Source of the DNA: an uncultured Bacilli bacterium
Lineage (GTDB): Bacteria; Bacillota_I; Bacilli_A; RF39; UBA660
Assembly (NCBI GenBank): GCA_944358405.1
Contig: CALVQX010000036.1
Coordinates: forward strand, 1 to 61,018
Direction of reading: 5' to 3'
Length of the DNA stretch: 61,018 nt
Part shown: piece after piece, positions 17,909 to 26,441 of the stretch
Numbering within the stretch: the stretch's first letter is position 1
Layout of the letters: each line of letters begins with the position of its first letter
The notes under the pieces: generated by a model
The model's database searches: none
What the model was told of the DNA's origin: nothing
What the model saw: the letters and a program-made list of their open reading frames with translations, nothing else
Position numbers and translations under genes: made by a program

Positions 17909-18610
17909 TTGATCGCAATAATCATTATTTTAGTAATTGCAATCATTGGAATGGGAATGTATATAGCATATGATAAGGGAATCATTTTTGCATCGCCTGC
18001 TTCTACAGAAGAGGAAAATAAAAATGCAAAAGAGGAACAAGAGAATACAGAAAAAGACAATAGCGAGGCTCAAACCACGGCAGATTCTAGTCAAGAAAAT
18101 AATAATGTAATAGCTTTTGATTCAAGTAAGTGTTTAAATAATGAGGCTAATTATGATTATTTACTTAATGCAGAATTCAATCATTGGGGCATAGAAGCAA
18201 TTGATACAAGTAATACAAAAATGAGACTAAGATTTCATTGGGATTCAGTAAAAGAAGAATTTTTTGAGCTAAATTCTACTAATACAGGATATGATAATGT
18301 AGATATAAACTTAACAAAAAGAGTAAGCGATGTTGAAATTGCTTTAATTGAGAATGGTGCTGGCTCAGAAGTTATAATATTTTTGATGGAAGATGGAACA
18401 GTAGAATACATACCATTACGAAAAGCTTTTTTAACAAATAATATAAATTTCTTTGGAATATTACCAGGTGTAGATAACATAGTAAAAATTTATACTGCTG
18501 TTGCAACTACAAAAAGTGTTGGTTCACATGATACGATTTTAGCTCAAAAATCAGATGGAACATTTTATGATTTAGCTCCAATAATTAAAAATACTGGCAA
18601 TTATAATTAG
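17909..18610 (+). CDS. membrane-anchored extracellular protein of unknown function; start codon problematic
   Basis: 233-aa ORF starting at a TTG with no RBS. The N-terminal TM helix is IAIIIILVIAIIGMGMYIAY, followed by an acidic linker. A 13-codon ORF (ATG 17871) with an RBS ends at a TGA overlapping this TTG (see finding). Confidence 0.65.
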   Translation: MIAIIIILVIAIIGMGMYIAYDKGIIFASPASTEEENKNAKEEQENTEKDNSEAQTTADSSQENNNVIAFDSSKCLNNEANYDYLLNAEFNHWGIEAIDTSNTKMRLRFHWDSVKEEFFELNSTNTGYDNVDINLTKRVSDVEIALIENGAGSEVIIFLMEDGTVEYIPLRKAFLTNNINFFGILPGVDNIVKIYTAVATTKSVGSHDTILAQKSDGTFYDLAPIIKNTGNYN

Positions 18611-18646
18611 GTATATACGTATAAAATGGATATTGTGAAGGAAAGG

Positions 18647-18703
18647 TTATAAACTGTAAATAGATAACAGATAATAGTAGATAACAGTTTATAATCTTTT
18701 TTT
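18647..18703 (+). terminator. rho-independent terminator
   Basis: A perfect 11-bp stem pairs TTATAAACTGT (18647-18657) with ACAGTTTATAA (18684-18694). The 26-nt loop carries AGATAACAG twice. TCTTTTTTT follows. Confidence 0.55.
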
Positions 18704-18823
18704 ATGGTAAAATGAACCCATATAACTTAGAAAAATTATTTCTAATAAGCTAAATTATTTTGGAAGAATAAAGAATTAGTGCTATAATATAATAGTAAAA
18801 TTTCTGTAAAAGGATTGATCAAT

Positions 18824-19912
18824 ATGTCTAGTAAAAAACAAAAAAATAAAAAAAATAGTTCAATACAAAATAAACCTCAAAAAACAAATGAGATAAAAGA
18901 AACTCCAAAAAATGATCAAGAGGAATTAGAAGAAATAGAAGAATTAATAGAAGAAAGAGCAAAAAAACAAGAATTGTTTAAGGAGGAGAAAAAAGAAGAC
19001 TTCTCTAAAACAAAAGAAAAACAAGAAGATTTTAGTAAAACATTAAAAATCAAAACAACAAGTAGAGTTTCAAAAAATAGAGATCTGTATCTTGAAGATT
19101 TTAGTGTAACTAAACAACAACAATTTGATTTTGGAGATTTAGATAATACTTTAGATATGAGCTTTGTGGATAAAAAACCAAGAAAAGTGAAAAAATCAAA
19201 AGTAGAAACCAAAGAAAAAAAACCAATCAAAGCACCTAGAAAGTATAAAGCATTTATTGTGATAGAACTCATCCTTATATTAATTAGTGGTTTTTTAAAC
19301 ATTATGCTATATGAAGAAAGTGAAAAATATCAAGTAAAAATAAAGTCATTACAAGAAGAAAAACAAAATAGCACATTTGAAATAAAGAATATGCTTCTTG
19401 GAGATTCAATTACTTTTTATTATAATGTGTATAAATATTTTAAAGATGAATCTATAGTAAAAAGTGCTGTAAGCGGATATACAACAAAAGATATTATTGA
19501 TAATTACAATAGTCTAGTAGAAAGTTATCATCCTCAAAATATAATCCTATTAATAGGAACAAATGATATTGCAAAAGGATTTACAGAAGAGGAAACATTA
19601 GAAAATATAGATACGATCGTAAAAAAGGTCAAGCAATCAAAAGCAACGATTATGATCCAAAGTGTTTATCCTATAGATGAAGAAAATGAATCCTATGGAG
19701 ACGAGAATAGAACAAATGAAAAAATAGAAAGTTTAAATAAAAAGTTAAAAGAATACTGTGAGGATGAAGAAATAACATATATCGATGTATATTCGCATTT
19801 AATAAATGATGAAGGAGTATTAAAAAGTGAGTATACTAGTGACGGATTGCATGTTTCAGACAAAGCTTATGAAGTTATAACTGCAATTTTAAAAAAATAT
19901 ATAGTAAAGTAA
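18824..19912 (+). CDS. membrane-anchored SGNH/GDSL hydrolase with a long Lys/Glu-rich N-terminal region
   Basis: The ATG at 18824 is preferred because AAAGGA lies upstream. TM helix FIVIELILILISGFLNIMLY. SGNH blocks are LLGDSITF (block I), LLIGTNDI (block III) and DGLHVSDKAY (block V). Confidence 0.8.
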   Translation: MSSKKQKNKKNSSIQNKPQKTNEIKETPKNDQEELEEIEELIEERAKKQELFKEEKKEDFSKTKEKQEDFSKTLKIKTTSRVSKNRDLYLEDFSVTKQQQFDFGDLDNTLDMSFVDKKPRKVKKSKVETKEKKPIKAPRKYKAFIVIELILILISGFLNIMLYEESEKYQVKIKSLQEEKQNSTFEIKNMLLGDSITFYYNVYKYFKDESIVKSAVSGYTTKDIIDNYNSLVESYHPQNIILLIGTNDIAKGFTEEETLENIDTIVKKVKQSKATIMIQSVYPIDEENESYGDENRTNEKIESLNKKLKEYCEDEEITYIDVYSHLINDEGVLKSEYTSDGLHVSDKAYEVITAILKKYIVK

Positions 19913-19939
19913 GGAACAAGTAAAATGCTTGTTCTTTTA
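19913..19939 (+). terminator. rho-independent terminator
   Basis: GAACAAG-TAAAATG-CTTGTTC followed by TTTT. Confidence 0.55.
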
Positions 19940-20081
19940 ATTATATAAAAATATTTAGTCAAATAAAAACACCAAAATTAGAGGAGTAAAAATCAAATAG
20001 ATAAATTCAAATGATTGATTTTTCTTTTTAAATTATGCTATAGTGATTATAGTGGATATAATCGAAGGGGGGATTATAGCT

Positions 20082-21191
20082 ATGGAAAAAGTTAGAAAAT
20101 CAAATTTTGAATTATTAAGAATCATTTCTATGTATATGATTGTATTATGGCATGTCACAAAAAATAACATTGATTTTACACAAACACCAGATATAGTACA
20201 TTTATTTTTAGTAATTATTATATGTATTAGTGTCGTACATGTAAATTCGTATGTTATGATAAGTGGCTTTTTTTCGACTAAAAAAACAACAACATGGAAA
20301 AAAACCTTATCATTAATTGGCAAAACTTGGGTATACAAAGTTGTAATTGCAATCATTCTTTTTCTGACGACAAGCAATATAATTAGTGAATTAGAACTTT
20401 TAAAAGAATTTTTTCCATTAGATTTAGCTCAGAGTTATTGGTTCATCAATCGCTATATTGTATTACTTTTATTAATCCCATACATAAATATATTAATTAA
20501 CAAGTTAACCGAAAAACAATACAAAAACTTATTATTAACGAGTTTTGTTCTATTTTCAGTAATTCCTCTACTAACTAGTCAATTGACTATCAGTAATGAT
20601 GGATTTAATATTTTACACTTCATATACATCTATCTAATAGGAGCATATTTTGCAAAATTTCCATTAGAAGATAATTATCATTTCAAAAATTTTTCGAAAA
20701 ATAAATTACAAATATTTTTGATTATAACATTTTTTCTCTGTGTATTTTTTGAGATTGCAATTTATTATCTATCTCTAAATTTCCAAAGCTCTTCTAATTT
20801 ATTATTACAGGATATAGGAACAACACTAAACAATAGTATCTACTGTTATAGTAGTCCTATAGTAATCATTCAAACAATTGCTTATTTCCTATTTTTTAAA
20901 ACCCTAAATATTGAGAATAAATTAATTAATAAAATAGCAAGCTTAACCTTTGGAATTTATTTATTTCATGAAAATTATTATTTGAAAAAAATATTGTATA
21001 AACCATTTCAAATAACGAAATATTTTGATAGTAAATTTTTAATGATTGATATCTTCATTATCGCTTTAATCATTTTTACCGCAGGGCTATTAGTAGAAAC
21101 CATTAGAAAATTATGTGCCAAAATACCTAGTAAAATAAAATGGATTCAAATAAAAAAAGAAAAAGCTCTACAATATATTGAGAATATATAA
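20082..21191 (+). CDS. acyltransferase family 3 (AT3) integral membrane O-acyltransferase
   Basis: The ATG at 20082 follows AAGGGGGG. MEKVRKSNFELLRIISMYMIVLWH is a typical AT3 N-terminus. About 10 TM helices. Confidence 0.8.
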   Translation: MEKVRKSNFELLRIISMYMIVLWHVTKNNIDFTQTPDIVHLFLVIIICISVVHVNSYVMISGFFSTKKTTTWKKTLSLIGKTWVYKVVIAIILFLTTSNIISELELLKEFFPLDLAQSYWFINRYIVLLLLIPYINILINKLTEKQYKNLLLTSFVLFSVIPLLTSQLTISNDGFNILHFIYIYLIGAYFAKFPLEDNYHFKNFSKNKLQIFLIITFFLCVFFEIAIYYLSLNFQSSSNLLLQDIGTTLNNSIYCYSSPIVIIQTIAYFLFFKTLNIENKLINKIASLTFGIYLFHENYYLKKILYKPFQITKYFDSKFLMIDIFIIALIIFTAGLLVETIRKLCAKIPSKIKWIQIKKEKALQYIENI

Positions 21192-21258
21192 ATAATAGAG
21201 TAATTTTTACAAATAAAAATTTATATGATATAATTTTTTAGAAATGGTGGTAGATAAA

Positions 21259-24200
21259 ATGAGTAAAATAATCAAAAGAATCTTAATTAGCATTTTGCTG
21301 ATAAATATCATAATAAGCATTCAAAACGTAGAAGCAAAAACAAACACAAATATGCATATAGAAGTACCACTTTCTGAAGCTACAGAAAAAGAAAATTTAG
21401 TAGTTAGTGGTTGGCTTATGACCGAAAGTGAAAATCCAGAAATTCATATTTTTATTGATAATCAAGAAATAGACCAACCGATTAATAGATTTGAACGTGC
21501 TGATGTCAATCAAAGTAACCCGGGATATCCATTAACAACGAGTAATCAAAAGCCAGGGTTTAATACTATGGTGAGCTTAGCTAACTATTTAGATGGACAA
21601 CATATTCTAACAATTAACGTAATAGACCCAGTAAAGCAAGAAGTTTTAAAAGAATATAGTTCAATATTTTATGTGCAGAAGTCAAAATCTGTCTTACATT
21701 TAGAAAAACCTGAACAAAGTCAAAAAATAAAAAACGAATTAGTTATTTCAGGATGGTTGATGAGTGATAATAAAAATGCTTCAATACAATATTTTATTAA
21801 TGGAGAACAAGTTGAAATACCAACACAAAGAATAGAAAGAGAAGATGTAATTCAGGCAATGCCAGGCTATGGAGGAAAAGAAACCAACCCGACTCCAGGA
21901 TTTCGCTCTATTTTAGATACCACAAACTATACAGATGGAAATTATTTTTTAGAAATGAAAATTGTAGATAAACAAACAGGAGAAATATTAACCGCAGATT
22001 CGAGAAATATTTCAATCAAAAAATATGATGGTCATGTCAACATAGATCACCCTACAGAGAATGCAACATCAGGAACCACTATTACGATAGATGGTTGGGT
22101 CTTAAGTGAATTATTAGAAAGTGAATTAGAAATATATTTAGATAATACTAAAATAGAATCAGAAATAATAAGAAGCGAAAGACCAGATGTCCTAAATGCG
22201 ATGAACAACGGTTATGGAGGAAACGAAACCAACCCAACTCCAGGTTTCTCTACTCAAATAGATGTAAAAAACATAGAAGATGGTCAACACACAATAGAAG
22301 TGAGAATAAAAAACAAAAATACCGGAGAAACAATTGCAACCTCAAGTAGAAAAATTACTACCAGACAATATGAAACACATATCAATATAGATCACCCAGA
22401 AGTAAATAGTACCCAAAATAATTTATTAACAATCGATGGATGGTATCTTTCTTGCTATCAAAATAATTCAATGAAAATATATATAGATGATCAATTAGTA
22501 AATTCAGCAATCACAAGAAGCTCTCGTCCAGATGTCCTAAGTGCGATGAACAATGGTTATGGAGGAAAAGAAACCAACCCAACTCCAGGATTTTCTGTTC
22601 AAGTAAATGCCCAGAATTATAATGACGGTTTACACAATATAAAAATACAAATAGTAAACAATGATAATGGACAAGTAATAAAAGAAGATACAAGATCATT
22701 TTATCTAAAAAAATATGAAAGTCATTTAAATGTAGATCATCCAGAAACAAACGTGAAAGAACTGATTACAGTAGACGGCTGGTTTTTAGCAACAACCAAG
22801 AATAAAAGAATAGAAATTTATATAGATGATAATAAAGTAGAGACAGAAATAAAATATTCAAATAGACCAGATGTGCTAAGCGCTATGAACAATGGCTATG
22901 GAGGCAAAGAAACAAATCCAACGCCTGGCTTTTCTGCACAAGTAGATTTGAAAAGTTACAAAGATGGCGCTCATAGTTTAGTAATTAAAGTAATTGATGA
23001 AATTACAGGAGAAACAATAACAAGTGAAGAAAGAAGCATAAAATTAAAAAAATATGAAACTAATATAAACCTAGATAATCCTAAAGTAGATACTACAATC
23101 GATAGAAATATGAAGGTATCTGGATGGGAAGTTTCTACTGCAACAACAGAAAACATCAGAATTTTAATAGATAATGAAGTGCAAAATCCAGAAATTGTTA
23201 GAAGTGAAAGACCAGATGTAATAGATTCAATTAATGGATCCTATGGTGGAGAAGAGACGAATCCAACCCCAGGATTCAATGCTATAATAGATCTTAGTGC
23301 ATATAAGGATGGATATCACACGATAACAGTAGAAGCAGTAGATAGTATTACAAACGATGTAATTAGTTCTGTGAGTAGAAAATTTTATTTACAAAAATAT
23401 GCGGGGATTGTTCACTTAGAAACTCCTCAAACTAGTATGTTAAATGAAGAAAATTTATTTGTTGCAGGTTGGGCCATGGCTGAATTAGATAATTCATATA
23501 TAGAAATTTATATTGACGGAGTAAAGCAAAATTCAGAAATTGTAAGAGCTGCTAGACCAGATGTAATTGAATCTGTCAATGGTTATGGAACAGAAGTAGA
23601 AAATCCAACTCCTTCTTTTGCTACGATATTAGATTTATCAAATCTATCTGTAGGAAAACATACTCTTGAAATAAAATTATATTCAAAACTAGATGAAATA
23701 TTAGATGAAACAAGCAAAGACTTATTCATATATAAAGATATTTATTTCGGTGTTGATGTTTCCTATTATCAGGAAAACATTGATTGGCAATCAGTACGAA
23801 ATGATGGAATCAACTTTGCCTTTATTAGAGCCGGATATAGGGGCTATGGAACAGGAAAAATTGTAGAAGATACAAAATTTAAAGATAACATAATTAATGC
23901 CCTAAATACTGGCATGGACTGTGGTGTGTATTTTTACACTCAAGCGATCACAGAACAAGAAGCAATAGAAGAAGCAGACTTCGTAATAAATAAATTACAA
24001 GAATATAATGTTTCAAACAGAATAACAATGCCAATTGTAATAGATGTTGAATTCACAGGGCAAAGTGATGAAAATGGACTATATTTAGGAAGAGCAGATT
24101 GGCTTACTACTCAACAAAGAACAGTTATTGTAAAAGCCTTTCTAGACCGAATTTCAGCAGCGGGTTATCAGCCTATGATATATGCTAGTAGAGATTTCTT

Positions 24201-24393
24201 ATATTTCAATTTATACATGGGGCAGTTATCAAATTTTGATGTGTGGTTAGCACATTACACTTCTGCCGATGATCCTCTCTCTAATCCTAGCAATTATTCC
24301 GGAACATATCAGGTATGGCAATACACCTCTTCAGGAACAGTATCAGGTATCAATGGAAATGTAGACAAAAATATAGGCTATAAAAAGTATTAA
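21259..24393 (+). CDS. secreted GH25 muramidase preceded by seven tandem ~114-aa modules of unassigned family
   Basis: The ATG at 21259 follows GGTGGT. Signal peptide MSKIIKRILISILLINIIISIQNVEA. The C-terminal GH25 core is FGVDVSYYQENIDWQSVRNDGINFAFIRAGYRGYG...DVEF...WQYTSSGTVSGINGNVDKN. Confidence 0.9.
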   Translation: MSKIIKRILISILLINIIISIQNVEAKTNTNMHIEVPLSEATEKENLVVSGWLMTESENPEIHIFIDNQEIDQPINRFERADVNQSNPGYPLTTSNQKPGFNTMVSLANYLDGQHILTINVIDPVKQEVLKEYSSIFYVQKSKSVLHLEKPEQSQKIKNELVISGWLMSDNKNASIQYFINGEQVEIPTQRIEREDVIQAMPGYGGKETNPTPGFRSILDTTNYTDGNYFLEMKIVDKQTGEILTADSRNISIKKYDGHVNIDHPTENATSGTTITIDGWVLSELLESELEIYLDNTKIESEIIRSERPDVLNAMNNGYGGNETNPTPGFSTQIDVKNIEDGQHTIEVRIKNKNTGETIATSSRKITTRQYETHINIDHPEVNSTQNNLLTIDGWYLSCYQNNSMKIYIDDQLVNSAITRSSRPDVLSAMNNGYGGKETNPTPGFSVQVNAQNYNDGLHNIKIQIVNNDNGQVIKEDTRSFYLKKYESHLNVDHPETNVKELITVDGWFLATTKNKRIEIYIDDNKVETEIKYSNRPDVLSAMNNGYGGKETNPTPGFSAQVDLKSYKDGAHSLVIKVIDEITGETITSEERSIKLKKYETNINLDNPKVDTTIDRNMKVSGWEVSTATTENIRILIDNEVQNPEIVRSERPDVIDSINGSYGGEETNPTPGFNAIIDLSAYKDGYHTITVEAVDSITNDVISSVSRKFYLQKYAGIVHLETPQTSMLNEENLFVAGWAMAELDNSYIEIYIDGVKQNSEIVRAARPDVIESVNGYGTEVENPTPSFATILDLSNLSVGKHTLEIKLYSKLDEILDETSKDLFIYKDIYFGVDVSYYQENIDWQSVRNDGINFAFIRAGYRGYGTGKIVEDTKFKDNIINALNTGMDCGVYFYTQAITEQEAIEEADFVINKLQEYNVSNRITMPIVIDVEFTGQSDENGLYLGRADWLTTQQRTVIVKAFLDRISAAGYQPMIYASRDFLYFNLYMGQLSNFDVWLAHYTSADDPLSNPSNYSGTYQVWQYTSSGTVSGINGNVDKNIGYKKY
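21352..23739 (+). repeat. seven tandem coding repeats (333-345 nt each)
   Basis: Units start at 21352, 21691, 22033, 22378, 22723, 23062 and 23407. The conserved core is (S/I)GW........I.I(D/N)........R.ERPDV..AMNNGYGG.ETNPTPGF...(I/V)(D/N). Confidence 0.9.
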
Positions 24394-24411
24394 TATTGAG
24401 GAGAGGAAAAG

Positions 24412-25593
24412 ATGAATATTTGCGTTTATACATGCATCACAGGAAACTACGATAAGATAAATGAACTAAAGGAAAAAGAGCAAGGCATAGATTACTACTT
24501 ATTTACTAATAATAAAAATATTAAGTCAAATACTTGGAAAGTGATATATGTAGAAGATAATAAATTAAACAATATAAAATTAGCTAGAAAAATAAAAATA
24601 TTAGGTCACGAAATTATAAAAAAGAACTATGATGTGAGTGTTTGGATTGATGGCAACATCATTATAAAAAAAAGTATCAAACAATTTGTAGAAAAGTTTT
24701 TACAAAAAACGGACAAAATTGTTGCTTTTAAACATAGTGAAAGAAATTCTGTTTATGAAGAAATGGATGCTTGTATAAAATATCAGAAAGAATCTATTCA
24801 TAATATAAACAAACTAAAAGAATTTTATAAAAAAGAATCTTTTCAAGATAACACAGGACTAATAGAAAGCACAGTACACATTAAACGACATAACGATCCA
24901 CAAGTAAAACAAGCTATGGAAGTATGGTTTTCTATTGTTCAAAAATATTCAGAAAGAGACCAATTATCATTTAATTATGCGATCGAAAAAACAAATTTAA
25001 AAGTAAAATGGATTGAGGAAAGTGTTTGGAATAATGAGTGGTTTGAAAACAATAAACATATCAAAACAACCACAAAAGAAGAATTTAAAGTATATTTTGA
25101 TACAGATGGATGCTTTACAGAAAATAATATTATAAAAGAAAAATATCAAATAGATAAAAAAACTTATACTGCAACTTTTAAAAACCCTACCGAATGTAAA
25201 GAAATAAGATTTGATCCCACAGAAATAGAACATATAAAATGTTCTAATATTCAAATAAAAAATCATAAAGAAAATGAAATAGATTATTATAATTGCGTTT
25301 TCTTAGATCAAACCATTTACTTTACAAATAATGATCCATATTTCATTATAAGATCTGACTTCGAAAAAGAAGAAGAAATAGAAATTTCATTGGTTCTATC
25401 TAAAACGACAGATAAAGATTTTTATACTTTGTTAACAGCAATAAAAAAAGAGCAAGAGATAATAAATTTTTATGAAAAAAGAGAACCAGAGATTCAAAGA
25501 TCTCTTGCTCGCCTACAGCAAATTGAAGAGTCTCGTTCTTGGCAACTATTAGAAAAAATAAGAAAATTAATAAAAAGGAACCATGCAAAATGA
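24412..25593 (+). CDS. DUF616-type (TOD1/MUCI70-like) putative glycosyltransferase with a C-terminal extension
   Basis: MNICVYTCITGNYDKINEL and SERDQLSFNYAI resemble DUF616 motifs as I recall them. RBS GAGGAGAGG. Confidence 0.65.
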   Translation: MNICVYTCITGNYDKINELKEKEQGIDYYLFTNNKNIKSNTWKVIYVEDNKLNNIKLARKIKILGHEIIKKNYDVSVWIDGNIIIKKSIKQFVEKFLQKTDKIVAFKHSERNSVYEEMDACIKYQKESIHNINKLKEFYKKESFQDNTGLIESTVHIKRHNDPQVKQAMEVWFSIVQKYSERDQLSFNYAIEKTNLKVKWIEESVWNNEWFENNKHIKTTTKEEFKVYFDTDGCFTENNIIKEKYQIDKKTYTATFKNPTECKEIRFDPTEIEHIKCSNIQIKNHKENEIDYYNCVFLDQTIYFTNNDPYFIIRSDFEKEEEIEISLVLSKTTDKDFYTLLTAIKKEQEIINFYEKREPEIQRSLARLQQIEESRSWQLLEKIRKLIKRNHAK

Positions 25594-26441
25594 AATTATG
25601 TGGTGTAGTAGTAGTATTTAATCCAGAGAATAAAGTAAATGAAAATATTAAAAGTTATTTAAACGATTTAGAAAAACTATATGTAATTGATAATAGTACT
25701 ATAGATAATAGAAAAAGATTTAAAGATAAGAAAATTGTCTATGTTTCTAATAGAGAGAATAAAGGAATTGCTCAAGCTTTAAATCAAGGGATCGAACTTG
25801 CTAGAAAAGAAAATTATGAATGGATTTTAACCATGGATCAAGATAGTAAATTTGAAAAAAAAGGATTAGCAAAATTTAAAGAAAAAATAGAAAAATGCCA
25901 AGATAAAAAAGTAGCAATTTTTGCTCCTTTACATCAAACTACAAGCGAAAAATTAAATGAGAATATTAAAAGTGATACATTAATAGTAATGACTTCAGGA
26001 AATATTTTGAGTATAAAAATTCATCAAAAATTAGGAGGATTTAAAGAGTGGCTATTTATTGACGGAGTAGATCAAGAATATTGCCTAAATGCTAGAAAAA
26101 ACGGATATAAAATTAAAGTTTTTTCAGAAATCTTACTTCAGCATAACTTAGGCAAAACACAAGAAAAGAAAATTTTAGGACATTCTATTTTTATTACTAA
26201 TCATAGTGCTACAAGAAGATATTTTATTACTAGAAATAGACTCTATATCAATCAATTATATAAAAAAGATTTCCCAGAATTTTGCCATCAAGAGTTGAAA
26301 AATAGTCGCAGGGAAGGAATTAAAATACTTCTATTTGAAACAAACAAAGTACAAAAGATAAAAGCAATGAAAAAAGCCAAAAAGGATTTTAAAAAGGGAA
26401 TCAAGGGATTACCAAATGACTTAAGGGAGGATTTACAATGA
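25590..26441 (+). CDS. family 2 glycosyltransferase (rhamnosyltransferase-like)
   Basis: The preferred ATG at 25590 forms an ATGA overlap with the upstream stop. Motifs: CGVVVVFNPE...VIDNST...NKGIAQALNQG...MDQDS...DGVDQEY. Confidence 0.8.
   Translation: MKLCGVVVVFNPENKVNENIKSYLNDLEKLYVIDNSTIDNRKRFKDKKIVYVSNRENKGIAQALNQGIELARKENYEWILTMDQDSKFEKKGLAKFKEKIEKCQDKKVAIFAPLHQTTSEKLNENIKSDTLIVMTSGNILSIKIHQKLGGFKEWLFIDGVDQEYCLNARKNGYKIKVFSEILLQHNLGKTQEKKILGHSIFITNHSATRRYFITRNRLYINQLYKKDFPEFCHQELKNSRREGIKILLFETNKVQKIKAMKKAKKDFKKGIKGLPNDLREDLQ

Noticed and set aside
21352-23739. Regularly spaced ~340-nt repeats considered as a possible CRISPR or other non-coding array
   Set aside because: The repeats lie in one continuous 1044-codon reading frame and are conserved at the protein level. 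The unit length and the absence of short direct repeats with unique spacers rule out CRISPR.
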